From Candidatus Eiseniibacteriota bacterium (GTDB lineage: Bacteria; Eisenbacteria; RBG-16-71-46), in NCBI GenBank assembly GCA_031370785.1, contig JANMQY010000060.1:4826-68825 (forward strand): 64,000 nucleotides of DNA, in the 5' to 3' direction. Positions within the stretch are counted from its first letter, which is position 1, and each line of letters begins with the position of its first letter. Below the pieces are notes generated by a model. It was not told the DNA's origin. It did no database searches and worked only from the letters and a program-made list of their open reading frames with translations. This document shows positions 9,908 to 18,835 of the stretch, piece by piece. The translations under genes were made by a program, and so were the position numbers.

Positions 9908-11065
9908 ATGTCGTTCGCTCGTTTCGCCGCCGTTTCGCTTGCCCTCGTCGCGCTCGCCGGTCCCGCGGTCGCGGATGATTCCGGCAATTTCGTGATCCGG
10001 CTCGGCCAGGACACGACCAGTGTCGAGCATTACACCCGCACCCCTTCTCGCATCGAGGTGAACCAGGTCGGCCGCGCGCCGCGAGTGCTGAAGCGTCACT
10101 TCACCTATGACTTCACCAACGGCGCGATCTCGAAGCTGGCCGTGATGGTGACGGCTCCGGCCTCCCCGACGCCGACCCAGACCATCGATGCCACGTTCGG
10201 GCCGGACTCGATGTTCATGCAGATCAAGTCCGGCACCGCGCCGGTGCAGAACGTCCACGTCGCAATGCCGACCGGAACCGTGGTCGTGGCGCTCTCGAGC
10301 CCTTGGGCGGTGTACGAGAAGTCGATCGCGAAGCTGGTACAGGGCAAGAGCGACAGCCTGCGTTCCCCGATGTACCTGATCGGCGCGGACGCGATGAACT
10401 GGCTCAGCCTGCACAAGCTCGGCCGCGACTCGGTCGTTCTCTCCAATGACCACGGGGACCTGTTCCATGTGCGCGTCGACAAGGCGGGCCATGTCCTCGG
10501 CGTGCTGCCGATCTCGGGCACCGGCAAGTTCAGTGTGGAGCGCGTCCCGACACTGGATCTGGAGGCGATGACCGCGGTGTTCGCCGCGCGCGAAAAGGCC
10601 GGTGCGGGCGTCGGTGTGCTCTCACCGCGCGACACGGTGCGCTCCAACGTCGGTGGAGCCGCGCTGCTGGTGGACTATGGCCGGCCGGGCAAGCGCGGGC
10701 GGGTGATCTACGGCAATGTCGTGCCGTACGGCGAGGTATGGCGCACCGGCGCGAACGCCGCGACCCAGCTCAGGACCGACAAGGCGCTCGACTTCGGTGG
10801 CACCGTGGTGCCTGCGGGTTTCTACACGATGTGGACGCTTCCGACCGCCACCGGCTGGAAGCTCATCTTCAACAGCCAGACCGGTCAGTGGGGCACCGCG
10901 CATGACGCCACGAAGGATCTCTACACGATCGACATGAAGATGAGCACGCTGCCCCAGCCGGTCGAGCGCTTCACCATCAGCGTGGATCCGAGTGCGGAGG
11001 GCGGCGTGCTGAACCTCGATTGGGATACGACGCGCGCGTCGGCCGCCTTCACGGTCAAGCCATAG
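9908..11065 (+). CDS. secreted DUF2911 domain protein
   Basis: Signal peptide MSFARFAAVSLALVALAGPAVA. The C-terminal region GNVVPYGEVWRTGANAATQLRTDKALDFGGTVVPAGFYTMWTLP...WKLIFNSQTGQWG matches the DUF2911 family. Confidence 0.7.
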   Translation: MSFARFAAVSLALVALAGPAVADDSGNFVIRLGQDTTSVEHYTRTPSRIEVNQVGRAPRVLKRHFTYDFTNGAISKLAVMVTAPASPTPTQTIDATFGPDSMFMQIKSGTAPVQNVHVAMPTGTVVVALSSPWAVYEKSIAKLVQGKSDSLRSPMYLIGADAMNWLSLHKLGRDSVVLSNDHGDLFHVRVDKAGHVLGVLPISGTGKFSVERVPTLDLEAMTAVFAAREKAGAGVGVLSPRDTVRSNVGGAALLVDYGRPGKRGRVIYGNVVPYGEVWRTGANAATQLRTDKALDFGGTVVPAGFYTMWTLPTATGWKLIFNSQTGQWGTAHDATKDLYTIDMKMSTLPQPVERFTISVDPSAEGGVLNLDWDTTRASAAFTVKP

Positions 11066-11078
11066 CGCGGGAGGCCCG

Positions 11079-11759
11079 ATGGAGACGCGCAGCCCGGTCG
11101 TGTTCCTGTTCGATGTCGACAACACATTGATCGACAACGACCGGGTCGCGGCGGATCTCAAGCGACATCTCGAGCGAGAGCTGGGGCGCGAGCGCGAGGA
11201 GCACTACTGGACGCTCTTCGAAGCGCTGCGGGCCGAGACCGGCTACGCGGATTACCTCGGCGCGCTGCAGCGCTACCGGGCGGAGCAGCCGCGGGATCAG
11301 GGTGTGCTCACCGTCTCGTCGTTCCTCATCGACTATCCGTTCGCCAACCGGCTCTACCCGAACTCGCTCGACGTTCTGGAGCGCTTCCTCGAGTCGGGAC
11401 CGGTCGTGATCCTCTCCGACGGCGACGCCGTTTTTCAGCCGCGCAAGGTCCAGCGCTCGGGACTGTTCGAAGCGGCGAACGGAAACGTGCTCATCTACAT
11501 CCACAAGGAGCTCGAGCTCGAGGACGTCGAGCGCCGCTACCCGGCCGACCACTACGTGCTGGTGGACGACAAGCTGCGGATTCTGACCGCGGTCAAGCGC
11601 GCGTGGGGCAAGCGGGTCACGACCGTGTTCCCGCGCCAGGGCCACTACGCGCACGATGCAAAGCTGCTCTCGACCTATCCCGGCGCGGATTTCACCGTGG
11701 AGCGGATCGGGGAGTTGCTGGACGTGACCGCCGAGAACCTGGTGGGAGGGGCACAATGA
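11079..11759 (+). CDS. HAD family hydrolase
   Basis: N-terminal FLFDVDNTLID (DxDxT motif I), 226 aa. GGGAGG lies upstream of the ATG. Confidence 0.75.
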   Translation: METRSPVVFLFDVDNTLIDNDRVAADLKRHLERELGREREEHYWTLFEALRAETGYADYLGALQRYRAEQPRDQGVLTVSSFLIDYPFANRLYPNSLDVLERFLESGPVVILSDGDAVFQPRKVQRSGLFEAANGNVLIYIHKELELEDVERRYPADHYVLVDDKLRILTAVKRAWGKRVTTVFPRQGHYAHDAKLLSTYPGADFTVERIGELLDVTAENLVGGAQ

Positions 11760-11762
11760 CCC

Positions 11763-12320
11763 CTACCGCCCGCCCCGCGGCTGAACCGCGCGTGCCAGCT
11801 CGATGGCCTTGATCAGCGAGACCACGTCGAAGCCGCCGTCGTGCCGGACCTCGTTGATGAAGAACGTGGGCGTCCCGTTGACGCCGCTGCGGACTCCGCT
11901 CAGAAAGTCCTCGCGAACACGGGGCATGTGAATCCCCTGGCTCAGCTCGAGCACGAATCGGTGCATGTCGAGCCCCAGGATCCCGGCGTAGGACAGCAGC
12001 GACTCCGCGTCGAGCATGTCCTGGTGCTCGAACAGCAGGTCGTGCATCTCCCAGAACTTGTCCTTTGCGCCCGCGGCCTCGGCGGCCTCGGCCGCGGGTT
12101 CGGCGTTCGGGTGCACGCTGGCCAGCGGGAAATGTCGATAGACGAAGCGAAGCTCTTCGCCCAGTCGCCTGCGGACCTCACGCACCACGGGATGTGCCGC
12201 GCCACAGTGCGGACACTCGAAATCGCCGTACTCGACGAGAGTGACCGGTGCCGTTGCCGGCCCGAGGGCGTGATCGCGCCTGCTGACGGGCAGCATGAGA
12301 CGCGGTGCAAGGGCCTTCAT
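11763..12320 (-). CDS. DsbA-like thioredoxin-fold thiol:disulfide oxidoreductase
   Basis: Internal start MKALAPRL..., then VTLVEYGDFECPHCGAAHP (CPHC active site) and a C-terminal NGTPTFFIN. The track ORF is over-extended upstream through the peroxiredoxin remnant. Confidence 0.65.
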   Translation of the reverse strand: MKALAPRLMLPVSRRDHALGPATAPVTLVEYGDFECPHCGAAHPVVREVRRRLGEELRFVYRHFPLASVHPNAEPAAEAAEAAGAKDKFWEMHDLLFEHQDMLDAESLLSYAGILGLDMHRFVLELSQGIHMPRVREDFLSGVRSGVNGTPTFFINEVRHDGGFDVVSLIKAIELARAVQPRGGR

Positions 12321-12547
12321 GACGTGATGCCCTTGTGGATCGACTCGAGCGCCGCGAGGATGCCGTCGGCGCGCGACGCCGCGCCGCTGGGCTCGAAGTC
12401 CGCGAGCAGTGGAAACTGGAGCTTCCGGTCCTTCGCGAACGCCTTGTGGCACCACGCTCCGTCGACGGAAATCCCCAACGGCTTCTTGTCGGGCGTGCTG
12501 TTCAGCGTGAAGTCCGGCGCCACAGTTCCTTCGCTCAGGGGTTCCAT
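12317..12547 (-). pseudogene. peroxiredoxin (AhpC/TSA, Bcp-like) remnant lacking the peroxidatic Cys region
   Basis: The 76-aa ORF MEPLSEGTVAPDFTLNSTPDKKPLGISVDGAWCHKAFAKDRKLQFPLLADFEP... matches a Bcp N-terminus (APDFTL). It then jumps straight to the post-active-site region (GISVD...FPLLSDF), missing about 45 residues including the CP motif. It is also C-terminally short. Its TGA overlaps the ATG of the downstream DsbA-like gene. Confidence 0.4.
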
Positions 12548-12556
12548 GGTGTCCTC

Positions 12557-13402
12557 CTAGATCGTGGGTAATTCCCGCGGGCGTGGTCCTCGCGGAAAGG
12601 CTTTGTCGATCCGCCCGAGTTCGGCTTCGCTCAGCTCGAGGTCCGCGGACCCCGCGTTCTCGGCCGCGTGTTCCGGCTTTGATGCCTTCGGAATTGCGAA
12701 GACTGACGGCCTCCGCAGCAGGAATCTCAGCGCGACCTGGCGCGGAGTAGCCTGATGTGCGGCGGCGATTTCCTGAAGCACGCGCCCGCCCGGCGTCGTC
12801 GGCCCGGGAAAGCCCTTGTGTCCGAACGGGCTGTAGGCCACCACCGCGACACCCTGCTTTTCGCACCAGGGAATGACCGCGTGCTCGATCGCGCGCTCCT
12901 TCAGATGGTAGAGAACCTGATTGCACGCGAAGACGTACTTGCCGGCGATCTCGCTGGCCTCCACCAGATCCGGAACATCGAAGTTGCTGACGCCCCACGA
13001 GAGGATCTTGCCCGCGCGGCGCAGCTCCTCGAATGCCGCGATCGTGTCCTCGAGCGGATGCGCGCCGCGCCAGTGCAACAGATAGCAGTCCAGCCGATCG
13101 GTCTTAAGGTGCGAGAGCGAGCCGTGGCAGGCCGCGATGGTTCCCTTTCGTGAAGCGTTCTGGGGAAGCACCTTCGAAACCAGAAAAACTTCTTCGCGCC
13201 GCCCCGCGATTGCTTCGGCCACGATCGACTCGACGACCCCCGACCCGTACATCTCCGCGGTGTCGATGTGAGTCATGCCGAGATCGAGTCCGCGGCGCAA
13301 CGCGGCCACCGACACGTCTCGCGGGGCATTGTCCAGATACCACGTTCCCTGGCCGATCGCTGCGACTTTCCGCTTCGTGGAACCGAATCGGCGCTGTTCC
13401 AC
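12557..13402 (-). CDS. aldo/keto reductase
   Basis: Start MEQRRFGSTKRKVAAIGQGTWYL is family-typical. It contains HIDTAEMYG and AVVAYSPFG motifs, and GACGGAGG lies upstream of the GTG. Confidence 0.8.
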   Translation of the reverse strand: MEQRRFGSTKRKVAAIGQGTWYLDNAPRDVSVAALRRGLDLGMTHIDTAEMYGSGVVESIVAEAIAGRREEVFLVSKVLPQNASRKGTIAACHGSLSHLKTDRLDCYLLHWRGAHPLEDTIAAFEELRRAGKILSWGVSNFDVPDLVEASEIAGKYVFACNQVLYHLKERAIEHAVIPWCEKQGVAVVAYSPFGHKGFPGPTTPGGRVLQEIAAAHQATPRQVALRFLLRRPSVFAIPKASKPEHAAENAGSADLELSEAELGRIDKAFPRGPRPRELPTI

Positions 13403-13546
13403 GTCCTGCCTCCGTCTTTGTCGAAACGGCGAACCTGAACCTGGAATGCTGTTCCTGCACGGAAGTGATGTCAACATGTGCCGATGGCGACCCCCAAGCC
13501 ACCCCGGTCAAACCAACCTCACGCGGGTGCATCCCGACCCACTACC

Positions 13547-14341
13547 ATGTCGCCCATGACGAAGGGTGATTCCCCGCGATTCGAGCGCTACGTCGCCATT
13601 GGCGACAGCTCCACCGAGGGCCTCGACGACCCCGACGGGCAGGGAGGCTACCGCGGCTGGTCCAGCCGGCTGGCGGAGCGGATCGCGCGGAGACAGGGCC
13701 GGCTGCTCCATGCGAACCTGGCGGTTCGCGGCAGGACGACGCGCCAGATCCGGGAGCAGCAACTCGAGCGTGCGGCCGCGATGAATCCCGATCTCGCGAC
13801 GGTGTTCTCGGGCACCAACGATGTGTTCCAGCCGCGCTTCGACGCCGACCGGCTGGGCGCCGACATCGACCTCATGCAGCGCACTCTCGTCGCGGGTGGG
13901 GCCACCGTGCTCACGTTCACCCTGCCCGACCTGACTCCGATCATGCCGCTCGCGCGTCCGCTCGCGCCGCGGATCCACGCTCTGAACGATGCGCTGAGAT
14001 CCGTCTCCCGTGCGACGGGCACGATCCTCGTCGATTTCGCGGCGCATCCGGGCGCGACCGATCCCAGGCTCTGGAGTGAGGACCGGTTCCACGCGAACTC
14101 GAGAGGCCACGCTCTGATCGCCGAGGCACTCGCGCACGCTCTTGGGCTGCCGGGCAGCGATGATGCGTGGATGCGGCCGCTGCCGTTCGAGGCTCCGCCA
14201 GGTCCGCGCGCGCGAATCACTGCCGAACTGCGGTGGATACGGCGCCACGTCATGCCCTTGATGTGGCGTCGCCCGGGTGGCCCGCCGATGGAAGACTTTC
14301 GCGGCAAACAGCCGGAGCTGCGGCCGGTCGAAACGGGTTAG
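13547..14341 (+). CDS. SGNH/GDSL family hydrolase
   Basis: Carries the motifs VAIGDSSTEG, GTND and DRFHAN (DxxH). The internal ATG start is MSPMTKGD. Confidence 0.7.
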   Translation: MSPMTKGDSPRFERYVAIGDSSTEGLDDPDGQGGYRGWSSRLAERIARRQGRLLHANLAVRGRTTRQIREQQLERAAAMNPDLATVFSGTNDVFQPRFDADRLGADIDLMQRTLVAGGATVLTFTLPDLTPIMPLARPLAPRIHALNDALRSVSRATGTILVDFAAHPGATDPRLWSEDRFHANSRGHALIAEALAHALGLPGSDDAWMRPLPFEAPPGPRARITAELRWIRRHVMPLMWRRPGGPPMEDFRGKQPELRPVETG

Positions 14342-14353
14342 CGCGAAGCGCCG

Positions 14354-15151
14354 CTACGTCGCGGGCTTCGGCGCCGGGCGCGGCGCGAAGGAGGCATCCG
14401 CCTCGGCGGCAGCCATGTCCTCGGCCGAGAAGTAGCGCACCACCTGTTCACGCTGGCCCGGACGCGTGTAGACGTCGGCGCGCGGCGTGCGAATGACGCC
14501 GACGATCACTTCGGCGACTTCCTCGACCGGCTGCGCGTTCGGGAAGGTGCGGGAGTCCGCGCCACCGCCCAGCGCGTTCAGGCCGAAGTCGGTCGCGACC
14601 ACACCCGGGAGCACCGTGGACACGTGGATGTCGCGGTAGCCGGCGCGCAGCTCCATCCGCAGGTTCGCGGTCAGGGCATTCAGCGCATGCTTGGCCGCAC
14701 TGTAGGCGGAGCGCATCGGGGCGAAAGGGATGCGGCTCAGCATCGATGAGACGTTGATGATGTGCCCGCGGCCACGCTCGCGGAAGTGGGGCAGCACGAC
14801 CTGCATGCCGTACAGCGCGGACTTCACGTTGACGCGCATCATCTCGTCGAAATCGTCATCGCTCAGCTGCGACACCGGGCGGGTCAGCCCGCGCCCCGCG
14901 TTGTTCACCCACACGTCCACGTGGCCGAAGCGCGCCAGCGCCGAATCGAAGATGCGCTGCACCTCCTCGCGACGCGTGACGTCCGCGACCACGGCGAGGC
15001 TCTGGCCGCCGCATGCCGCCGCGACCTCGCGCAGCTCGGCCTCGCGGCGCGCGGCGAGCACGGCGGCGCCGCCGAGCTCGGCCACGCGCCGCGCGAGCGC
15101 AGCGCCGATGCCGCTGCTGGCGCCAGTGATCAAGACCACCTTGTCACGCAT
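14354..15151 (-). CDS. SDR family oxidoreductase
   Basis: VVLITGASSGIG Rossmann motif plus a YSAAK catalytic motif. Confidence 0.85.
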   Translation of the reverse strand: MRDKVVLITGASSGIGAALARRVAELGGAAVLAARREAELREVAAACGGQSLAVVADVTRREEVQRIFDSALARFGHVDVWVNNAGRGLTRPVSQLSDDDFDEMMRVNVKSALYGMQVVLPHFRERGRGHIINVSSMLSRIPFAPMRSAYSAAKHALNALTANLRMELRAGYRDIHVSTVLPGVVATDFGLNALGGGADSRTFPNAQPVEEVAEVIVGVIRTPRADVYTRPGQREQVVRYFSAEDMAAAEADASFAPRPAPKPAT

Positions 15152-15479
15152 GGGCGAAGACTAGGCGAAGGTGTGAGAATGCGCCAGAAGCGGGGAATGC
15201 CGGTTCACCCGGCGCCCAGATCGGTCCTTGTGCCCTCGGCGCATCGGGTGGCTTCACCGATTCGAGGCGTCCAAACGTGGGTCCGTCGCCCCAGCCCGGG
15301 ACCCGCGGACCCGGTCCACCGATGCCGCGCGGATCGGTGGAATGCTCGCTAACCGGCGTTCGGTCGGGACGTTGAGACCTTTGCACAGGGCCCGCAGTCC
15401 GCGTGGCATGGCCATTGCGCTAGAGGATTCGGTGAGGGGAAAAACCAGCACCAAACACCGCCCAACACGGGGAGCCTGA

Positions 15480-15929
15480 ATGCTGAAGTGCAGTAACGCG
15501 GGATTCACCCTGATCGAGCTGATGATCGTCGTCGTGATCATCGGCATTCTGGCGGCGATCGGGATTCCGAACTTCATCGCGATGCAGGACCGGGCGAAGG
15601 AGGCCAACACGAAGGCCAACATGCACGGCTTCCAGCTCTCGGCGGAGGATTACGGCGTGCAGCACGATGGAATCTATGCCGACGATGCCGCCGACGTCGT
15701 GACCGACCTCCCGGGCAGTGGTGTCTTCTTCAAGAATCCTTTCGATCAATCCACGGGCCTGGCCGGTGCCTGGGAGGACCGCGCTTCACTCGGCGCGGAT
15801 CCCACCGCCACTTCGGGCCTGGTGAGCTACGCGGACTCGGCAGCCCAGATGTACAACATCAAAGGTGTTGGCAAGATCACGAGCGGAACGGGCTTCCCGT
15901 TGAATCTGGTGCTGACCGCAGGCCAGTAG
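15480..15929 (+). CDS. prepilin-type N-terminal cleavage/methylation domain protein (GspG/PilA-like pilin or pseudopilin)
   Basis: MLKCSNAG|FTLIELMIVVVIIGILAAIGIPNFIAMQDRAKEANTKANM is a classic type IV prepilin leader, with conserved Phe+1 and Glu+5 and a hydrophobic helix. GGGGAG lies upstream. Confidence 0.8.
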   Translation: MLKCSNAGFTLIELMIVVVIIGILAAIGIPNFIAMQDRAKEANTKANMHGFQLSAEDYGVQHDGIYADDAADVVTDLPGSGVFFKNPFDQSTGLAGAWEDRASLGADPTATSGLVSYADSAAQMYNIKGVGKITSGTGFPLNLVLTAGQ

Positions 15930-15993
15930 GTTTCAGACGCCGCCGGGCGCTGCGACCGGCGTGGGCTTCGACACGCAGCTCTCTCTCGAAACA

Positions 15994-16034
15994 AACGCTC
16001 CCGGGGACTTCGTTCCCGGGAGCGTTGCCGTTTT
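15994..16034. terminator. bidirectional rho-independent terminator between convergent genes
   Basis: A 12-bp perfect stem (AACGCTCCCGGG / CCCGGGAGCGTT) with a 9-nt loop. It is followed by GCCGTTTT on the + strand and preceded by TTTGTTT when read on the - strand. Confidence 0.5.
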
Positions 16035-16077
16035 CGAGCAATGATTCCGTGGCGAACTCGCCGCCTCTGCGCTTCGA

Positions 16078-16611
16078 CTACATCTTTCTCGCCAGCTCGA
16101 ACACCATGACTTCTCCCTGCTTGCCCTTGTCGAAGTCGGTCCACTCGCTGCGCAGATGATTGTCGTCCACGAAAATCAGTTTCGCGGCGTGCATGTGTTT
16201 GTCGGTCTTGGGATCGAAGCCGGTGCCGCCGGCGAAATCGAAGACGATCTCGTTCGCCGCCGAGGTCTTGCGCGCCTTCATGCGCGGCTGGTTCCCGCTC
16301 GCGCAGTAGTGCGTGAGTGCGAGCTGGCTGCCGTCGGCCGTGTACATCGTCACCATCTCCATCGGCGTGCCGGGGAAGAGGGTCTCCATGACCGCGCTGC
16401 CGTTCGCGGTGACGTGGTACACGACCGTGGCGTCCATCTGATGGTCGCCGGGCCCCGCCTTGCCGGTCCACTCGCCCTGGAGCTTCTTGATCCTGTCGAG
16501 GGCGGGCGACGCCTTGGCCGAATGCTCGTGCATCTCATCGGCGAGCACTGCCGCGGCGGGAAGAAGGAGCGCGAAGATCAACGGGGCGAGCATGCGGATC
16601 GAAAGTTTCAT
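16078..16611 (-). CDS. hypothetical secreted protein
   Basis: Signal peptide MKLSIRMLAPLIFALLLPAAAVLA, preceded by GGAGG. It contains a conserved-looking HYCASGNQPRM motif and has no family assignment. Confidence 0.55.
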   Translation of the reverse strand: MKLSIRMLAPLIFALLLPAAAVLADEMHEHSAKASPALDRIKKLQGEWTGKAGPGDHQMDATVVYHVTANGSAVMETLFPGTPMEMVTMYTADGSQLALTHYCASGNQPRMKARKTSAANEIVFDFAGGTGFDPKTDKHMHAAKLIFVDDNHLRSEWTDFDKGKQGEVMVFELARKM

Positions 16612-16762
16612 GGATGCCTCCAGAGATTCGGTGACTGGTTCGGATCGGCAAAGAGTGCGGCGGCGCAAGGGGCGGAACCCTGAGGCGGTCTCGTGGCCCG
16701 GCGGCGCAGGAGGCGAGACCCTAGCACCGTCTCGCGTTCCGGCAAGCGGGCCGCGGATGGCC

Positions 16763-17539
16763 TCAGTGGCGCATGAGCCCGACGTACCAGCGCACCCAGT
16801 TCTCGCCCCACAGGTAGGCCACCAGCGCGGAGGGCGCGAGCAGGGTGCCGAACGGCAGCTCGGTGAGCGCGCCGCCCTTGCGCCTGAGCATCAGCGCGAC
16901 ACCCCACACGCTGCCCACCAGCGCGGCGAGGAACATGGTGAGCAGCGTGAGCTGCCAGCCCAGCACCACGCCGAACATGGCCGCCAGCTTGATGTCCCCG
17001 CCGCCCATGCCTTCGATCCTACGTACCTTGAGGTAGGCCCAGGCGATCAGCCAGAGCGCACCGCTCCCCGCGATCACGCCGAGCAGGGCCTCGTGCACGC
17101 CGCCCGGTCTTTGCAGCGCCGCGGCGAGCCCGATGAGAGTGCCGGGGAACGTGAGCGCATCGGGCAGGAGCTTGAAGTCGTAGTCGATCCACACCAGCCC
17201 GATGAGCAGGAAGCCCCACAGCGCGAGGAACGGGTAGGCACAGTCGAGCCCCGAGTGCCGGTAGAGGAGGAGCGCCCAGGCGCCGCACAGGAGTTCGGTG
17301 GCGGGATAACGCCATGCGACGGGCTCGCGGCAGTGGCGGCATCGACCGAGGCTGAGAGTCCATGACAGAACCGGAACGAGGTCAAGTGGTCCGAGCGGGG
17401 CGTGGCAGCGCGGGCACGCGGAGCGCCCCGAAAACCACGAGAGCCCGCGCGGGATCCGGTAGACGATCGCGGTGACGGCGCTTCCCATGACCAGCCCGAG
17501 CAGCGTCAGGCACAGCGGCACGTACCATTGCGGAAGCAT
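16763..17539 (-). CDS. pilD: prepilin peptidase (A24 family, PilD/GspO)
   Basis: N-terminal zinc-ribbon CPRCHAPL...CRHC, multiple TM helices, and a GMGGGDIKLAAMFG catalytic-Asp region. Confidence 0.85.
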   Translation of the reverse strand: MLPQWYVPLCLTLLGLVMGSAVTAIVYRIPRGLSWFSGRSACPRCHAPLGPLDLVPVLSWTLSLGRCRHCREPVAWRYPATELLCGAWALLLYRHSGLDCAYPFLALWGFLLIGLVWIDYDFKLLPDALTFPGTLIGLAAALQRPGGVHEALLGVIAGSGALWLIAWAYLKVRRIEGMGGGDIKLAAMFGVVLGWQLTLLTMFLAALVGSVWGVALMLRRKGGALTELPFGTLLAPSALVAYLWGENWVRWYVGLMRH

Positions 17540-17630
17540 CGCACTCCTTCAATCGTTGATCGGCGCCGCGGACTCTGCGAAAATTGAGCCTCGCTTCGGG
17601 CTCGGCCGCAATTCACGGAGTCGCATTTCC

Positions 17631-17951
17631 ATGCGTATCGTGCTGTTCCTTGCCATCGCCGCCAACAGTCTCGACCTCATGGCGACGTCGCTCGGAATCC
17701 ACTGGCTCGGCAATCGCGAAGGCAATCCATTGCTCGCGGGAATCGCACACCAGCACTGGTGGGCGTTCGTTCTTCTGAAGGGTCTGCTCATTCCGGCGTT
17801 GATCGTCTACCTGTACCGCTCCCGCAATCGTTCACCGGTGTTGTCGACCGTAGGCATGGCGCTCGTGACCGTGGCGCTCACCGTTGCGGTGGGGCAGTGG
17901 CTCGGCTGGATCGCCGGAGTGCTGAGCGTGTCGGGGATGACGCGGCTCTAG
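17631..17951 (+). CDS. small hypothetical membrane protein
   Basis: ATG start MRIVLFLAIAANSLDLMATSLGIHWLGNREGNPLLAGIA..., with three predicted TM helices. It is divergent from pilD. Its 3' end overlaps the convergent minor-pilin gene by about 120 nt, so one of the two C-termini may be mis-called. Confidence 0.45.
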   Translation: MRIVLFLAIAANSLDLMATSLGIHWLGNREGNPLLAGIAHQHWWAFVLLKGLLIPALIVYLYRSRNRSPVLSTVGMALVTVALTVAVGQWLGWIAGVLSVSGMTRL

Positions 17952-18248
17952 CCGTGCGCTCGCCGGCCGAAAGGTCGCAACGGGCTCCCCATCATCCCCG
18001 ACCGCAACTTCTAGCGCTGACATGATCCGAGGACTGGTCGTGACGATGAGCCGGTTGCCGCTCTTGTCGACCTCCATCTGCTCGGTCAGAGACTTCAGCG
18101 CGGTCTTGGTCTCGTTCGCGTCGGCATACCGGTCGATCAGCGTACGACCCGTGCTGAAGCTGTAGGCGAGCCCAAGTATTGCCACCACGGTGATGACAAG
18201 CGCGGCGAGGATCTCGATCAGCGAGAAACCTCGTTCGCTAGTCCGCAG
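17832..18248 (-). CDS. minor pilin-like prepilin-type protein with apparent CTG start
   Basis: Translation upstream of the track's GTG gives ...LRTSERG|FSLIEILAALVITVVAILGLAYSFSTGR, a perfect prepilin leader and cleavage motif. There is no ATG, GTG or TTG in frame between the upstream stop and the FSLIE motif. GGAGAGA lies 4-5 nt upstream of an in-frame CTG, which would give MRTSERG|FSLIE. Confidence 0.5.
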   Translation of the reverse strand: MRTSERGFSLIEILAALVITVVAILGLAYSFSTGRTLIDRYADANETKTALKSLTEQMEVDKSGNRLIVTTSPRIMSALEVAVGDDGEPVATFRPASARLEPRHPRHAQHSGDPAEPLPHRNGERHGHERHAYGRQHR

Positions 18249-18321
18249 GCAATCTCTCCGGCTCCCATGCTTCGACCCGCTCGAGAAGGCAATGACTCAA
18301 CGGCCGTCAGACTCGCAGGGA

Positions 18322-18717
18322 CTAGTGCTCATCCCACTGCGGCGTCTTGCCGCGCTCGTAGGTGCACTGCACCCACATCGCATCATTGCCACCGGTCGTG
18401 CTCGTGACTTTCACGACGAATTTGTCACCGGTGACCGTGATCTCTGGCGCCTTCCACTTGTCTCCCAGATCGCTCAGATCAACGTTGAGTTCGGCGAAGT
18501 TGGCCGTGTACGCGGGAGACTTCCCATTTGCCATCTGCTTCTGGTAGAAGGCCTGCTCCCCGGTGATGATCGCGCGGATTGCGCCCTTGGCTTCGGTGCG
18601 CTGCGCGTCCTTGACGTAGTTGATGTACAGCGGCACGGCGACCGCGGCCAGAATGGCGACGATCACGATGACGACCATCAACTCCATCAGAGTGAAGCCT
18701 CTTGCATTGCGTCGCAT
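18322..18717 (-). CDS. pilA: type IV pilin (PilA-like)
   Basis: MRRNARG|FTLMELMVVIVIVAILAAVAVPLYINYVKDAQRTEAKGAIRAIITGEQ is a canonical prepilin leader plus N-terminal helix. GAGGAG lies upstream of the ATG. Confidence 0.8.
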   Translation of the reverse strand: MRRNARGFTLMELMVVIVIVAILAAVAVPLYINYVKDAQRTEAKGAIRAIITGEQAFYQKQMANGKSPAYTANFAELNVDLSDLGDKWKAPEITVTGDKFVVKVTSTTGGNDAMWVQCTYERGKTPQWDEH

Positions 18718-18835
18718 GCGAACATCTCCTCTTCGGTTTCGGCTCTCCAACGACGCCAGAACCCCGGGGGATGAATTTTTCTCCAGTGAAGCCCGCCGCG
18801 CCTCCGTGTGACGCAACGAACCGTTCAGTGTCCCA

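Noticed and set aside
11763-12998. 411-aa track ORF treated as one gene
   Set aside because: Only the C-terminal 186 aa (the DsbA-like domain from MKALAPRL) are protein-like. The upstream 225 codons are Arg/Gly-rich and overlap the peroxiredoxin remnant, which is in another frame.
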